Position numbers and translations under genes: made by a program. From an uncultured Mycoplasmatota bacterium (GTDB lineage Bacteria; Bacillota_I; Bacilli_A; RF39; UBA660): DNA of 64,000 nucleotides. This document shows positions 1 through 9,846 of the stretch, piece after piece; position 1 is the stretch's first letter, and every line of letters begins with the position of its first letter. The stretch lies in contig USGP01000005.1 in NCBI GenBank assembly GCA_900554315.1, forward strand, positions 3,050 to 67,049. Direction: 5' to 3'. Under the pieces are notes generated by a model. That model was not told where the DNA came from and made no database searches. It was given only the letters and a program-made list of their open reading frames with translations.

Positions 1-511
1 TATAACTGAACAATATGATTTAGATGAGTATTTTAAAGATTTGCCGGTTGTTAATAGTGGGATTAGTGGTAATCAAACTTCCAACATATTAGAAGATTTA
101 AAAGACCGTGTATATCAATATAATCCATCTAAGGTATTTTTACTTATTGGTACTAATGATATTCAAGCTAAGGTAGATGAAGATGAAATTATAAATAATA
201 TTGAAGAAATTTTAAAAGAAATTCATGAAAATCGTCCTTATGCTGAACTTTATTTAGAAGCTATTTATCCTGTGGATGAAAGTCGTAGTGGGGCTCAGGA
301 CAGAACCAATGAAGAAATTAAATCTATTAATGATACTCTAGAACAATATTGTAAAAAGAATGATATTACTTTTATTGATACTTATGAATTGTTACTTGAT
401 CCTGAGAGTGATGAAGATGAAATATTTGAAGATTATACAAAAGACGGGTTACATATTACTGATGAAGGGTATGAAGTTATTACCAATGAACTTGAAAAAT
501 ATATGAAATAG
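1..511 (+). CDS. SGNH/GDSL-family hydrolase, 5' end outside window
   Basis: Frame is open to the window edge. NSGISG, GTND and DGLHITDEGY match SGNH blocks II, III and V. Confidence 0.75.
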   Translation, partial: ITEQYDLDEYFKDLPVVNSGISGNQTSNILEDLKDRVYQYNPSKVFLLIGTNDIQAKVDEDEIINNIEEILKEIHENRPYAELYLEAIYPVDESRSGAQDRTNEEIKSINDTLEQYCKKNDITFIDTYELLLDPESDEDEIFEDYTKDGLHITDEGYEVITNELEKYMK

Positions 512-569
512 GTACAATTTTGTATCTATTTTTTTGATTTTATTTTATACTAATAATGGGAGGGATTAT

Positions 570-1478
570 ATGCATAATAAAGTTGTTATTATAGGATGCG
601 GTAATGTTGGTATGAGTTATGCATATGCATTGCTTAATCAACGTACTAGTGTTAATGAATTAGTTTTAATTGATTTAAATAAGAGTAGAGCAGAGGGAGA
701 AGCTATGGATTTAAATCATTGTCTTGCATTTGCTCCTTCAAAGATTGATATTCGATGTGGCGATTATGAAGATTGTGGCGATGCCAAAATTGTTGTTATT
801 GCTGCTGGAGCTAATCAGGAAAAAGGCGAGACAAGAATGGATTTAATTTATAAAAATAGTAAAATTTTTAAATCTATTGTTTCTTCTGTTGTGGATAGTG
901 GATTTAAAGGTATCTTTTTAGTTGCTACTAATCCTGTTGATGTTATGACATATCTTACTTGGAAATATTCTGGATTTGATTATCATAGAGTTTTAGGTAG
1001 TGGTACTAGTTTGGATACATCTAGGTTACGTTACTTAATTGGTGACAAACTTGGAATAGGGCCAAAAAATATTCATGCTTATGTTATTGGTGAGCATGGA
1101 GATAGTGAATTTGTTCCTTGGAGTAATGCTGCAGTTGGGTTACAAAATATTTCTAAATTTATCTCTGTTGAGGATAGAGATAAAATTGCTGATGAAGTTA
1201 AGAATGCAGCTTATCAAATTATTGAACGTAAAGGGGCTACCTATTATGGAATTGGTATGTGTCTTGTTTATATTACCAATGCTATTTTAGGCGATGAAAA
1301 TACTATTATTACTGTTTCTACTTATGATAAAGAAAATGAAGTGTTTATTGGACTTCCTACTATTGTTAATAAACGTGGGGCAAAAGGACGTGTTTTTGTT
1401 GATTTAACTGAAGAAGAAACAGAAAAATTACAACATAGTATTGATGTAATAAAAGATGCTATTGAAAAAGTAAAATAG
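570..1478 (+). CDS. ldh: L-lactate dehydrogenase
   Basis: Rossmann motif GCGNVG. AGANQ..GETR carries the Gln typical of LDH rather than MDH. GEHGDS is present. Start moved to ATG 570, behind a GGGAGGG RBS. Confidence 0.9.
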   Translation: MHNKVVIIGCGNVGMSYAYALLNQRTSVNELVLIDLNKSRAEGEAMDLNHCLAFAPSKIDIRCGDYEDCGDAKIVVIAAGANQEKGETRMDLIYKNSKIFKSIVSSVVDSGFKGIFLVATNPVDVMTYLTWKYSGFDYHRVLGSGTSLDTSRLRYLIGDKLGIGPKNIHAYVIGEHGDSEFVPWSNAAVGLQNISKFISVEDRDKIADEVKNAAYQIIERKGATYYGIGMCLVYITNAILGDENTIITVSTYDKENEVFIGLPTIVNKRGAKGRVFVDLTEEETEKLQHSIDVIKDAIEKVK

Positions 1479-1533
1479 TAACATATTTTTCTTCTTTTTT
1501 CATATATTAGTGATATAGAAAGAGAGGAATCAT

Positions 1534-1794
1534 ATGGAAACTTTAAAAGTTAGCAGTAAGTCTAATCCTAATAGTGTAGCAGGAGCTTTAGCTAATGTTT
1601 TTCGCGAGCAAGGTTCTGCAGAAATACAAGCTGTTGGTGCTGGAGCATTAAATCAAGCAATTAAAGCTGTAGCGATTGCGAGAGGATTTGTAGCACCATC
1701 TGGTAAAAATTTAGTTTGTATTCCTGCCTTTCAGGATATCTCTATTAATGGAGAAGAACGTACTGCTATTAAATTAATTATAGAGACCAAATAG
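1534..1794 (+). CDS. spoVS: Stage V sporulation protein S
   Basis: 86 aa. KVSSKSNPNSVAGALA...AVGAGALNQAIKAVAIARGF is the near-invariant SpoVS sequence. Confidence 0.9.
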   Translation: METLKVSSKSNPNSVAGALANVFREQGSAEIQAVGAGALNQAIKAVAIARGFVAPSGKNLVCIPAFQDISINGEERTAIKLIIETK

Positions 1795-1808
1795 GTCTTT
1801 TTTTTTGC
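1783..1808 (+). terminator. Weak rho-independent terminator after spoVS
   Basis: agacc/ggtct stem followed by a T9 run. Confidence 0.45.
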
Positions 1809-1848
1809 CTTTTGTCATGATAAACTTATAGAAGATGGGAGGGTTTTT

Positions 1849-2961
1849 ATGATTTGTCCTCGTTGTGGTGCTGAAATGAAGCCAGAACAAAGATATTGTA
1901 TGAAATGTGGTGCTCTAAATTATAATCATCCAGATAATCAAAAAATGAAGCAATATATTACCAATGAAGAGTTTGAAAAAGCTAATGAAGAATATCAAGA
2001 GGCTGCAAAAGGTCCTACTAATACTATTGTTATTGGTGGGAAGGTTTATGTGGATGAACCTGCAAAGGATAAAAAATCTTCTTATGTGGATACACGATCT
2101 GCTTTAGGACTACTTACGATTGTAGCTATTGTTATGGCTGTCCTTTGTTATTTTATTTTTCATTTCTCCATCTTATTATCTCTTGTTTTTGCTCTTTGTT
2201 ATTTTATTATTACTTTTTATTTGATTGTAAACAGTTGTATTTATATGAAAGGTGGATATTCTGGTTTTACGCCAATTATTCCTTTTTATAGTCAGTATGC
2301 TTATTATGATATTGCTTTTGGAAATGGATGGTTGTTTTTAATATCATTGATTCCTATTGTTAATATTTTTTATGGTTTATATGCTAATTATAAAATTGGA
2401 AAGGTCTATGGAAAAAGCGGTTGGCTTACTTTGTTTTTCCCTTTTATTTTATTACCTATTATAGCTTTTAGTGATAAAGTTATTTATGATGGAAATGGGA
2501 AAAAATATAAAGAGTATGTCGATAAGGGGAAAAGACGTAATACGGTACTTCCGGCATTTTTGTATTCTGGAATTATGTTTTTTGCCTTTGTGCTTATTGC
2601 AACATTACCTATTATGAATGTTGTTAAAGAAAAATTTTATGAAAATGATGTAAAAAACATTTATCAAATTATAAGAAAAGATGTTGAAGATGGATATTAT
2701 CAATGTGAGGATGGTAATATTAATAGTGATGATGGTACATATTATATTGTTATTGAGGATGCTACAGAGTTAAATACGTTACCAATTCCAGTTCGTTCAT
2801 CTTTAAATGGTGAGCCTATTTCTGGTTACATTCGTATTGATACAGTAAATGGAAAACCTAAATATACTTATGTTATGACTGATGGAGAAAATGTTGTATC
2901 TAATGCATCTATTTATCAAGTGTCTGTGCCAGGTGATGCAATAATTTGTGAAAAGAGTTGA
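1849..2961 (+). CDS. Zinc-ribbon membrane protein with a DUF5684-like multi-TM core
   Basis: N-terminal CPRCG..CMKCG zinc ribbon, several hydrophobic helices, and a soluble C-terminal domain of about 110 aa. Confidence 0.6.
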   Translation: MICPRCGAEMKPEQRYCMKCGALNYNHPDNQKMKQYITNEEFEKANEEYQEAAKGPTNTIVIGGKVYVDEPAKDKKSSYVDTRSALGLLTIVAIVMAVLCYFIFHFSILLSLVFALCYFIITFYLIVNSCIYMKGGYSGFTPIIPFYSQYAYYDIAFGNGWLFLISLIPIVNIFYGLYANYKIGKVYGKSGWLTLFFPFILLPIIAFSDKVIYDGNGKKYKEYVDKGKRRNTVLPAFLYSGIMFFAFVLIATLPIMNVVKEKFYENDVKNIYQIIRKDVEDGYYQCEDGNINSDDGTYYIVIEDATELNTLPIPVRSSLNGEPISGYIRIDTVNGKPKYTYVMTDGENVVSNASIYQVSVPGDAIICEKS

Positions 2962-2986
2962 TAATTTTTTAGAAACATTATATACT
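2958..2986 (+). promoter_or_regulatory. Sigma-A-type promoter of the serS-operon leader
   Basis: TTGATA, 17-nt spacer, TATACT. Confidence 0.55.
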
Positions 2987-2992
2987 ATTAAC

Positions 2993-3176
2993 AAATCGAT
3001 AATTAGAACTAATAATAAGAATCTTTAATGATAGAGAATTCGTGGTTGGTGGAAACGATATTAAACTCTTATTTGTCTACTCTATAGATGGTAATCCCGG
3101 AGAAGTCCGTTACACTTTGAGTTAAATAAAGGATGGTACCGTGCTATTGCACTCCTTGATGGTATCATCCTTTTTT
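2993..3176 (+). promoter_or_regulatory. T-box riboswitch leader (probable Ser specifier UCU)
   Basis: AGAGA bulge, TGGTGGAAA distal-loop motif, and T-box sequence AAGGATGGTACCGTG. Overlaps a terminator (ggatggtacc...ggtatcatcc plus T-run). TCT followed by A at 3076-3079 sits on the 3' side of stem I. Confidence 0.85.
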
Positions 3177-3196
3177 CTATATAAGGTGGTGATTAT

Positions 3197-3694
3197 TTGG
3201 AGAAAAAACTATATATTTTAAAAGATATGGATGATGATTATGATAGAGCTTATCGATTGGTTTCTTATTTGTTTAAGGATAAAAAAGATAAGGCAGGTGA
3301 ACCTTATTTGGGACACTTAATTAGAGTAAGTGATCGTCTTTCAATGGGAGATGCTAAAGTTGCTGCTTTACTTCATGATGTAGTAGAAGATATCGATGAT
3401 ATTTCTTTTGATGATTTAAAAAATTTGGGATTTTCTGAGTCGATTGTTGATATTGTTAAAATTGTTACGAAAGATAAAAGTAAAGGAATTAGTTATCATG
3501 ATTGGATTGGTGAAATTATTGCTACTGGTAATGTAGATGCTATTAAAGTTAAGTATTCAGATATGATGGATAATTTTAGTTTAGATAGACTGAATAAGTT
3601 AGATGAAGAAACAAAGCGTCATTTAATTTCTAAATATAAAGATGAAGTAGAACGACTTAGAAATTATTTGGATAAAAATGAGGTGATGTTATGA
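3197..3694 (+). CDS. HD-domain protein resembling a RelA/SpoT-type (p)ppGpp hydrolase (small alarmone hydrolase)
   Basis: GEPYLGHLIRV...AALLHDVVED...KVKYSDMMDN matches the HD_4 hydrolase pattern. TTG start behind an AAGGTGG RBS. Confidence 0.7.
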   Translation: MEKKLYILKDMDDDYDRAYRLVSYLFKDKKDKAGEPYLGHLIRVSDRLSMGDAKVAALLHDVVEDIDDISFDDLKNLGFSESIVDIVKIVTKDKSKGISYHDWIGEIIATGNVDAIKVKYSDMMDNFSLDRLNKLDEETKRHLISKYKDEVERLRNYLDKNEVML

Positions 3695-4629
3695 TAGATT
3701 TACATTATGATTTACTTTCTATTTTGTATTATAGTTATGTAAAGAATGATTTTAGTTATGTGGAAACGATTCAACAAAGAATAAAAGAGTCTGGTGTTAC
3801 TGGTGTTGTTGCTAATCTTTATTTTATGAATGAGAATGAGATGAAAGAAGAGTTGGGAGAATATTATAAGCCAATTGATGTTGTTGAGATGTTTCGAATA
3901 GCAACTTCTTTATTTCCAAAATATTTTCCTGATTTGGATGTTGTTTACAGTATAGAGGGGTGTGATTATATATCGGGACCCGATCAATTAGAAGAATTAT
4001 ATCATTTAGGTCTTCGTAATATTTTACTAGTGTGGAATAATCCAAATCGATACGGTTCTGGTAATCGTGGAGATTATGGCCTTACTGAATTGGGTAAAGA
4101 ATTTTTAAATAGAGCTATTGACTTGGGAATTTCTATTGATTTATCCCATATGAATCATAAGACTTTTTATGATACAGTTGAGGTTTTAAAAGAGGCTAGG
4201 CGTCATGGTAAAGATGTAGTGGTAATGGCAAGTCATTCCAATTGTTATTCTTTGTGTAATCATCCAAGAAATTTAGATGATAATCAAATATTAGCTTTGA
4301 AGGAGTTCTCACCAATTATTGGACTTGTTTCTTATGGCCCTTTTGTTTCCTCGAATGAGAATATGGAAGAGTTGAAAAAGCAATATGTGATGCATATTCG
4401 ACATGTAAAAGAGTTATTAGGTGTTGATTGTGTTGCTGTTTCTACAGATGATATGAAGTTTGATCCTGAATTTTTAGGAGGAGAGGACGATATACAAGTA
4501 TTTTCTTATCAACGTGTAAGAAATGAAATAGAAATGTTATTAAAGAAAAATGATTTTTCTGATACAGAAATTAATCAAATATTATATCAAAATAGTTATC
4601 AAAAATTATTTAGGAGGTTATTAAAATGA
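3691..4629 (+). CDS. Peptidase M19 (membrane/renal dipeptidase) family protein
   Basis: DLHYDLL, IEGCDYI, DLSH, ASHSN...HPRNLDD and STDDMKFD blocks. ATGA overlap with the upstream gene. Confidence 0.7.
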   Translation: MIDLHYDLLSILYYSYVKNDFSYVETIQQRIKESGVTGVVANLYFMNENEMKEELGEYYKPIDVVEMFRIATSLFPKYFPDLDVVYSIEGCDYISGPDQLEELYHLGLRNILLVWNNPNRYGSGNRGDYGLTELGKEFLNRAIDLGISIDLSHMNHKTFYDTVEVLKEARRHGKDVVVMASHSNCYSLCNHPRNLDDNQILALKEFSPIIGLVSYGPFVSSNENMEELKKQYVMHIRHVKELLGVDCVAVSTDDMKFDPEFLGGEDDIQVFSYQRVRNEIEMLLKKNDFSDTEINQILYQNSYQKLFRRLLK

Positions 4630-5909
4630 TAGATATAAAATTAATTAGAGAAAATAGAGATTTAGTAAAGGAAAATATTAAGAAGAAATTTCAAGATGAA
4701 AAATTACCATTAGTTGATGAAGTTTATGAGATGGATAAAAGAGTACGTGAGGTACAAGTAAAGGCTGATGGTTTAAAAGCTGATAAAAATAAAATGAGTA
4801 GTGAAATTGGCAAACTTATGAAAGAGGGTAAGAAGGATGAGGCTGAAGAAGTAAAACAAAAGATTACTTCTATGGCAGATGAAATTAAGTCTTTAGAGGA
4901 AGAACAGGAAAAACTTTCTCATGATATTCATGAACGTATGATGGTGATTCCTCAAATTATGGATCCTTCTGTTCCAATTGGTAAAGATGATAGTGAAAAT
5001 GTAGAAGTGCAAAGATTTGGTGAACCTGTAGTTCCTGATTATGAAATTCCATATCATGCTGATATTATTGAAAGACTTCATGGTATGGATAAAGAGGCCG
5101 CTGGTAGAACTAGTGGACAAGGATTTTATTATTTACTTGGTGATATTGCTCGTCTACATGAGGCTATGCTTGCTTATGCAAGAGATTTTATGATTGATGC
5201 TGGATTTACTTATGCTATTCCACCATTTATGATTCATAGTGATGTTGTTACCGGTGTTATGTCTTTTCCTGAGATGGAAGCTATGATGTATAAAATTGAA
5301 GGAGAAGATTTATACTTAATCGGTACTTCAGAACATTCTATGATTGGTAAATTTAAAGATCAAATTATTAAAGACAGTGAACTTCCTATTCATATGACAA
5401 GTTATTCACCATGTTTCCGTAAAGAAGGTGGATCTCATGGGTTAGAAGAAAGAGGACTTTATCGTGTTCATCAATTTGAAAAACAAGAGATGATTGTTAT
5501 TTGTGAACCAGAAGAATCTATGGATTGGTATGAGAAAATGTGGAAATTAACAGTTGATTTCTTTAGAAGTTTAGATGTTCCAGTAAGACAACTTGAATGT
5601 TGTAGTGGTGATTTAGCAGATTTGAAAGTTAAGTCATGCGATGTAGAAGCTTGGAGTCCAAGACAAAAGAAATATTTTGAAGTTGGAAGTTGTTCTAATT
5701 TAGGTGATGCACAGGCTAGACGTTTAGGAATTCGTAAGAAAGGTGAAAAAGGAACATATTTCTTACATACTTTAAATAATACTGTTGTTGCCACTCCTAG
5801 AGGATTAATTGCAGTTCTTGAAAATAACTATCAAGAAGATGGTAGTGTTAAGATTCCTAAAGTATTACAGCCTTATATGGGTGGTAAAGAAGTTATTAAA
5901 CCAGAATAA
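4626..5909 (+). CDS. serS: Seryl-tRNA synthetase
   Basis: N-terminal coiled-coil arm and class II motifs (FRKEGGSHG..RGLYRVHQF, NNTVVATPR). Overlaps the upstream stop. Confidence 0.95.
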   Translation: MIDIKLIRENRDLVKENIKKKFQDEKLPLVDEVYEMDKRVREVQVKADGLKADKNKMSSEIGKLMKEGKKDEAEEVKQKITSMADEIKSLEEEQEKLSHDIHERMMVIPQIMDPSVPIGKDDSENVEVQRFGEPVVPDYEIPYHADIIERLHGMDKEAAGRTSGQGFYYLLGDIARLHEAMLAYARDFMIDAGFTYAIPPFMIHSDVVTGVMSFPEMEAMMYKIEGEDLYLIGTSEHSMIGKFKDQIIKDSELPIHMTSYSPCFRKEGGSHGLEERGLYRVHQFEKQEMIVICEPEESMDWYEKMWKLTVDFFRSLDVPVRQLECCSGDLADLKVKSCDVEAWSPRQKKYFEVGSCSNLGDAQARRLGIRKKGEKGTYFLHTLNNTVVATPRGLIAVLENNYQEDGSVKIPKVLQPYMGGKEVIKPE

Positions 5910-5938
5910 AAGAAATATATTTGTATATTTCTTTTTTC
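5909..5938 (+). terminator. Rho-independent terminator of the serS operon
   Basis: Perfect 9-bp stem agaaatata/tatatttct, followed by a T-run. Confidence 0.8.
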
Positions 5939-5965
5939 TTTGTATATATTATTAATGGTGATAGA

Positions 5966-6106
5966 ATGAAAGATGAAAAAAGATGTGAAGTTGTTGCAAA
6001 AGAAAGTGGATTGAAAAATATTCATATTGATAGTAATTCTAAAGAGGGTAAATTATTGGTTGAAGTCGTAGAAAAGGAGTCTAGTATGAAGAAAATAGAA
6101 GAGTGA
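5966..6106 (+). CDS. Small hypothetical protein
   Basis: The ORF-track start at 5921 lies inside the serS terminator, so the internal ATG at 5966 was taken. No recognisable motif. Confidence 0.3.
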   Translation: MKDEKRCEVVAKESGLKNIHIDSNSKEGKLLVEVVEKESSMKKIEE

Positions 6107-6261
6107 TGTTCTTCTTTTTTTTATGCATAAAATTATTAATTGTAGAATTGAATACTTTATTTTATTGATTATCCATGAAATATATGGTACGATTATGATG
6201 TATTAAGATAGGAAAATTGAACCTATCCTAGAACATTATAAAAATAGAAGGAGAGTTTTTT

Positions 6262-7485
6262 ATGGGGTTAATTAAAGCAGCAGTTGGTGCTGTTGGAAGT
6301 ACTTTACATGATCAATGGAAAGAGTATATTCGTTGTGATGATTTAGGACAAGATATTCTAATGAAAAGAGTATCTACTCCTAATGGTATTATTTCAAAAG
6401 ATAGTGCTATTCAAGTAGCACCTGGTCAAATTGCTGTAGTATTTCAAAATGGACAAATTTTAGATGCTACTGCTGAGGAAGGAATCTTTACTTTTGATCA
6501 ATCAACTTCACCATCATTTTTTGCTGGACAATTTGGTGCAGTATTTAAAGAAATGTGGGGAAGATTTACTTATAATGGTGGAACATTTAAGGAACAAGCT
6601 GTATTCTATATCAATGCTAAAGAAATTATGGATAATAAGTTTGGAACACCTGCACCTATTCCTTATCAAGATTGGTCTCATCCAATTCCAAATCAAATGA
6701 CTGGTACTATGAGTCCTTTACGTGTAGAAGTAAAATGTTTTGGTAAGTATACATTTAAGATTAGTGATCCTGCAATATTTATGTCACGTATTGCTGGTAC
6801 TGCTGAAGAATATCGTAAAGATGAGTTATGTGAACAAATGAGATCTGAAGTTATTGGAGCTTTTCAAAATGTATTAAATGAACTTGGTACTTCAGAACAT
6901 AAAGTTCCAGTATTAGAATTACCAAGTAGTACTGATGAAATTAAGAAAGTAATGGATGAAAAAGTTTTTGATCAACCTATTCGTGATAGAGGTCTTAGTC
7001 TTGTAGGATTTGTTGTTGAATCTGTTACTTTAGATGATGAATCTAATAAGAAAATTGATAATTATGAATTATCTTCTAACCAATTTATGCAACAAGGAAC
7101 TCTTGCAGGTGCTTATGCAAATGCTGTTCAAGATGCTGCTAATAATGAAGCAGGAGCGGTTAATGGATTTTTAGGAGTTGGAATGATGAATATGGCTTCT
7201 GGTGGAGTTATGGGTGGTGTTAGTAATGCTGCTATGAGTGGTCAAGGAACAACTACTGCTCAACCTTATAATCCATATGCTAATCAGGCTGCTGAAACAA
7301 TTGCTAATGCTAAAGCGGTTGCTGCTAATCAAGCTGCACAACAAGCTCAAGTTGCTCAACCAGTACAAGGTAGTCAACCAACTGTACAAGGTGCTACGAC
7401 AGGAACTGCTAGTTTTTGTCCAAATTGTGGAACACCAACAAATGGTGGGAACTTCTGTACAAATTGTGGAACAAAATTAAATTAA
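6262..7485 (+). CDS. SPFH-domain protein (YdjI-like) with C-terminal double CxxC zinc ribbon
   Basis: MGLIKAAVGA...DQWKEY N-terminus typical of the YdjI/COG4260 family. Q/A-rich linker. FCPNCG..FCTNCG at the C-terminus. Confidence 0.75.
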   Translation: MGLIKAAVGAVGSTLHDQWKEYIRCDDLGQDILMKRVSTPNGIISKDSAIQVAPGQIAVVFQNGQILDATAEEGIFTFDQSTSPSFFAGQFGAVFKEMWGRFTYNGGTFKEQAVFYINAKEIMDNKFGTPAPIPYQDWSHPIPNQMTGTMSPLRVEVKCFGKYTFKISDPAIFMSRIAGTAEEYRKDELCEQMRSEVIGAFQNVLNELGTSEHKVPVLELPSSTDEIKKVMDEKVFDQPIRDRGLSLVGFVVESVTLDDESNKKIDNYELSSNQFMQQGTLAGAYANAVQDAANNEAGAVNGFLGVGMMNMASGGVMGGVSNAAMSGQGTTTAQPYNPYANQAAETIANAKAVAANQAAQQAQVAQPVQGSQPTVQGATTGTASFCPNCGTPTNGGNFCTNCGTKLN

Positions 7486-7498
7486 ATTAAATTAAAAT

Positions 7499-7527
7499 AA
7501 AAAGGAATCAAAAGATTCCTTTTTTTA
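7499..7527 (+). terminator. Rho-independent terminator
   Basis: aaaggaatc/gattccttt stem followed by a T-run. Confidence 0.8.
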
Positions 7528-7602
7528 ATACTTTTTGTTGTTGTGGCGTGTTTTGTATAAATATTTTTCTATTTGTTCATACTAGGTGTAGAAGGTGATA
7601 AT

Positions 7603-7631
7603 TTGACAAATAGAGGGTTTTCTGGTAAAAT
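7603..7631 (+). promoter_or_regulatory. Sigma-A-type promoter
   Basis: TTGACA, 17-nt spacer, TAAAAT. Confidence 0.55.
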
Positions 7632-7665
7632 ATATAACTGTCACATAAACAGAGAGGTGTTATAC

Positions 7666-8361
7666 ATGTTTTATGATGAAAAACAAGCATTACGTGCTTG
7701 TGAAGAGGAACCATCCCTGATCTTTGAATTAATCAAAGAAGGGTATTATCATTTAGTTGATGAACTTATCTCTAAAAATAAAGTAGATATCAATACAGTG
7801 GATGTTGCCGGTAATGATGTTGTATGTCGTTTGTTAAAAGCAAAACAATATGACTTAGTTATGAAGTTTATTCGTAAACGTAGCTGGAATCCTAACCATC
7901 AAAATTTGGATGGTAATACAATAGGTCATATTTTAGTAAAAGATACTTCAGTATCAGCTTTAAAAATTTTAGAACATTTAACTAGAAGTAAGAGATATCT
8001 ATTAAATATTAAAAACAACAATGGAGAGACAGTTTTAGATAGAGCGGTTCATAATCAGAGTGCTTTTCAAGCATTAAAGATTCTAGAAGAAAAACGTTTT
8101 AATAATATTGATGTATTGTCATTTAAACAGTTATATCAATTATGTATTAAAAATAATTATTATGGTAAATATTCTAAATTAACTAACTTAGAAAATATTG
8201 TTGGTAGTTTAGAGAAAAAAGATGGGTTAGTTCCTAGTATGAGTAAATTATTAGATAATATTGTTGACAATATGGAAGTAATTAAACATGATTTAATGAA
8301 TGGAAAATTTTCTTTATTAGATCAAATGATTAATACTTCGTTAGCGGAAGCTATTGTATAG
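7666..8361 (+). CDS. Ankyrin-repeat protein
   Basis: Repeated G(N/D)..(L/I)H/C.L...-type units (DVAGNDVVCRLLK, LDGNTIGHILVK, NNGETVLDRAVH). No signal peptide. Start at ATG 7666, behind an AGAGAGG RBS. Confidence 0.7.
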   Translation: MFYDEKQALRACEEEPSLIFELIKEGYYHLVDELISKNKVDINTVDVAGNDVVCRLLKAKQYDLVMKFIRKRSWNPNHQNLDGNTIGHILVKDTSVSALKILEHLTRSKRYLLNIKNNNGETVLDRAVHNQSAFQALKILEEKRFNNIDVLSFKQLYQLCIKNNYYGKYSKLTNLENIVGSLEKKDGLVPSMSKLLDNIVDNMEVIKHDLMNGKFSLLDQMINTSLAEAIV

Positions 8362-8430
8362 GAGGAATTTTCCTCTTTTTTGTTTTCTTTTTTTATGTTA
8401 TAATTTTTGGTGATTTGTGAGGTGGTATTT

Positions 8431-9846
8431 ATGCATTTACCAGATTATAAAGAAGCTAGAACTAGAGATATTAGACCTTATAAAAGAATAGAGTTTACGG
8501 AAGATAGTGAAGTAAAAGATAAATATAAGGGTATGACTTTTTATTTGAAAACTTATGGTTGTCAGATGAATGAGCATGATAGTGAAAATATTGAAGCTTT
8601 GCTTGTCTTTTTAGGATTTTCAAAAGTAGATCGTTATGAAGATGCAGATTTAGTACTTTTAAATACTTGTTCTATACGTGAAAATGCTCATAATAAAGCT
8701 TTTGGTATGTTAGGTAGACTTAAACATTTAAAAGAAGAAAAGAAGAATTTAATCGTTGGGCTATGTGGTTGTATGGCACAAGAGAGTGGTGTTGTAGAAA
8801 AAATTCTTCGTGACTATAAATGGGTAAATTTTGTTTTTGGTACTCATAATATGTATCAATTACCTGAGATTATTGATAAAGCGATTGAAGAAAATAAACA
8901 GCAGATTGAAGTTTTTTCTCGTGAGGGAGATTTAATTGAAGGACTTCCTGTACTTCGTGTTAATAATTATAAAGCGTATGTTAATATTATTTATGGTTGC
9001 AATAAGTTTTGTACTTATTGTATTGTGCCTTATACTAGAGGTCGTGAACGTAGTCGTTTAAAAGAAGATGTTTTAGCTGAAGTAAAAAAATTAGTAGATG
9101 ATGGATATAAAGAGGTTACTTTACTTGGTCAAAATGTAAATGCTTATGGTAAAGATATATATGATGATTATACTATGGCTAATTTATTAGAGGATGTAGC
9201 TAAAATGGGAATTCCTAGAATTCGTTTTACAACTTCACATCCATGGGATTTTACAGATGAAATGATAGATGTTATTGCTAAATATCCTAATATTATGCCA
9301 AGTGTTCATTTACCTGTTCAAAGTGGTTCTAGTCGTATTTTAAAATTAATGGGTCGTCGTTATACTAGAGAAAGTTATTTAGAGTTATTCCATAAAATTA
9401 AAGATAAAGTTCCTGGTGTTAGTATTTCTACCGATATTATTGTAGGTTTTCCAGGCGAGACAGAAGAGGATTTTCAAGAAACTTTATCTTTGGTACGAGA
9501 GTGTCAATATGATAATGCTTTTACTTTTGTCTTTTCTAAGAGAGAAGGAACACCAGCTTGTCGTCTAGCAGATCCAGTTTCTCAGGAAGAAAAAGAGGAA
9601 AGACTACAAAGATTGAATGAAGTGGTAAATACTTATTTCTTAGAAAATAATAAAAAGTTAGTAGGAAAAGAAGTAGAAGTATTAGTAGAGGGAATTTCTG
9701 AAAAGAAACATATGTATTATGGATATACAGATACTAATAAATTAATTAATTTTTCTAGTAAAAAGGAACTTACTCCAGGAGATTTGGTTATGGTAAAAGT
9801 TAGTGAAGCTAAGACTTGGAGTTTGGATGGTGAAGCTGTTGAATAA
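8431..9846 (+). CDS. miaB: tRNA-i6A37 methylthiotransferase
   Basis: UPF0004 N-domain with YGCQMN, radical-SAM CNKFCTYC, and a TRAM C-terminus. Confidence 0.92.
   Translation: MHLPDYKEARTRDIRPYKRIEFTEDSEVKDKYKGMTFYLKTYGCQMNEHDSENIEALLVFLGFSKVDRYEDADLVLLNTCSIRENAHNKAFGMLGRLKHLKEEKKNLIVGLCGCMAQESGVVEKILRDYKWVNFVFGTHNMYQLPEIIDKAIEENKQQIEVFSREGDLIEGLPVLRVNNYKAYVNIIYGCNKFCTYCIVPYTRGRERSRLKEDVLAEVKKLVDDGYKEVTLLGQNVNAYGKDIYDDYTMANLLEDVAKMGIPRIRFTTSHPWDFTDEMIDVIAKYPNIMPSVHLPVQSGSSRILKLMGRRYTRESYLELFHKIKDKVPGVSISTDIIVGFPGETEEDFQETLSLVRECQYDNAFTFVFSKREGTPACRLADPVSQEEKEERLQRLNEVVNTYFLENNKKLVGKEVEVLVEGISEKKHMYYGYTDTNKLINFSSKKELTPGDLVMVKVSEAKTWSLDGEAVE

Noticed and set aside
5471-5794. Long antisense or alternative-frame ORFs in the track. 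Examples: 5471-5794(-), 15595-15942(-), 26156-26443(-), 27803-28054(-), 28533-28799(-), 29377-29688(-), 1075-1290(+), 35843-36091(+).
   Set aside because: All lie inside well-supported genes and lack RBS-like sequences. Their compositions are what one expects from reading AT-rich or low-complexity coding DNA out of frame. I treated them as artefacts.
7478-7500. Short tandem AAATT/AAATTA repeat after the SPFH gene stop.
   Set aside because: This is a trivial AT microrepeat adjoining a terminator, too short to be a meaningful repeat element.
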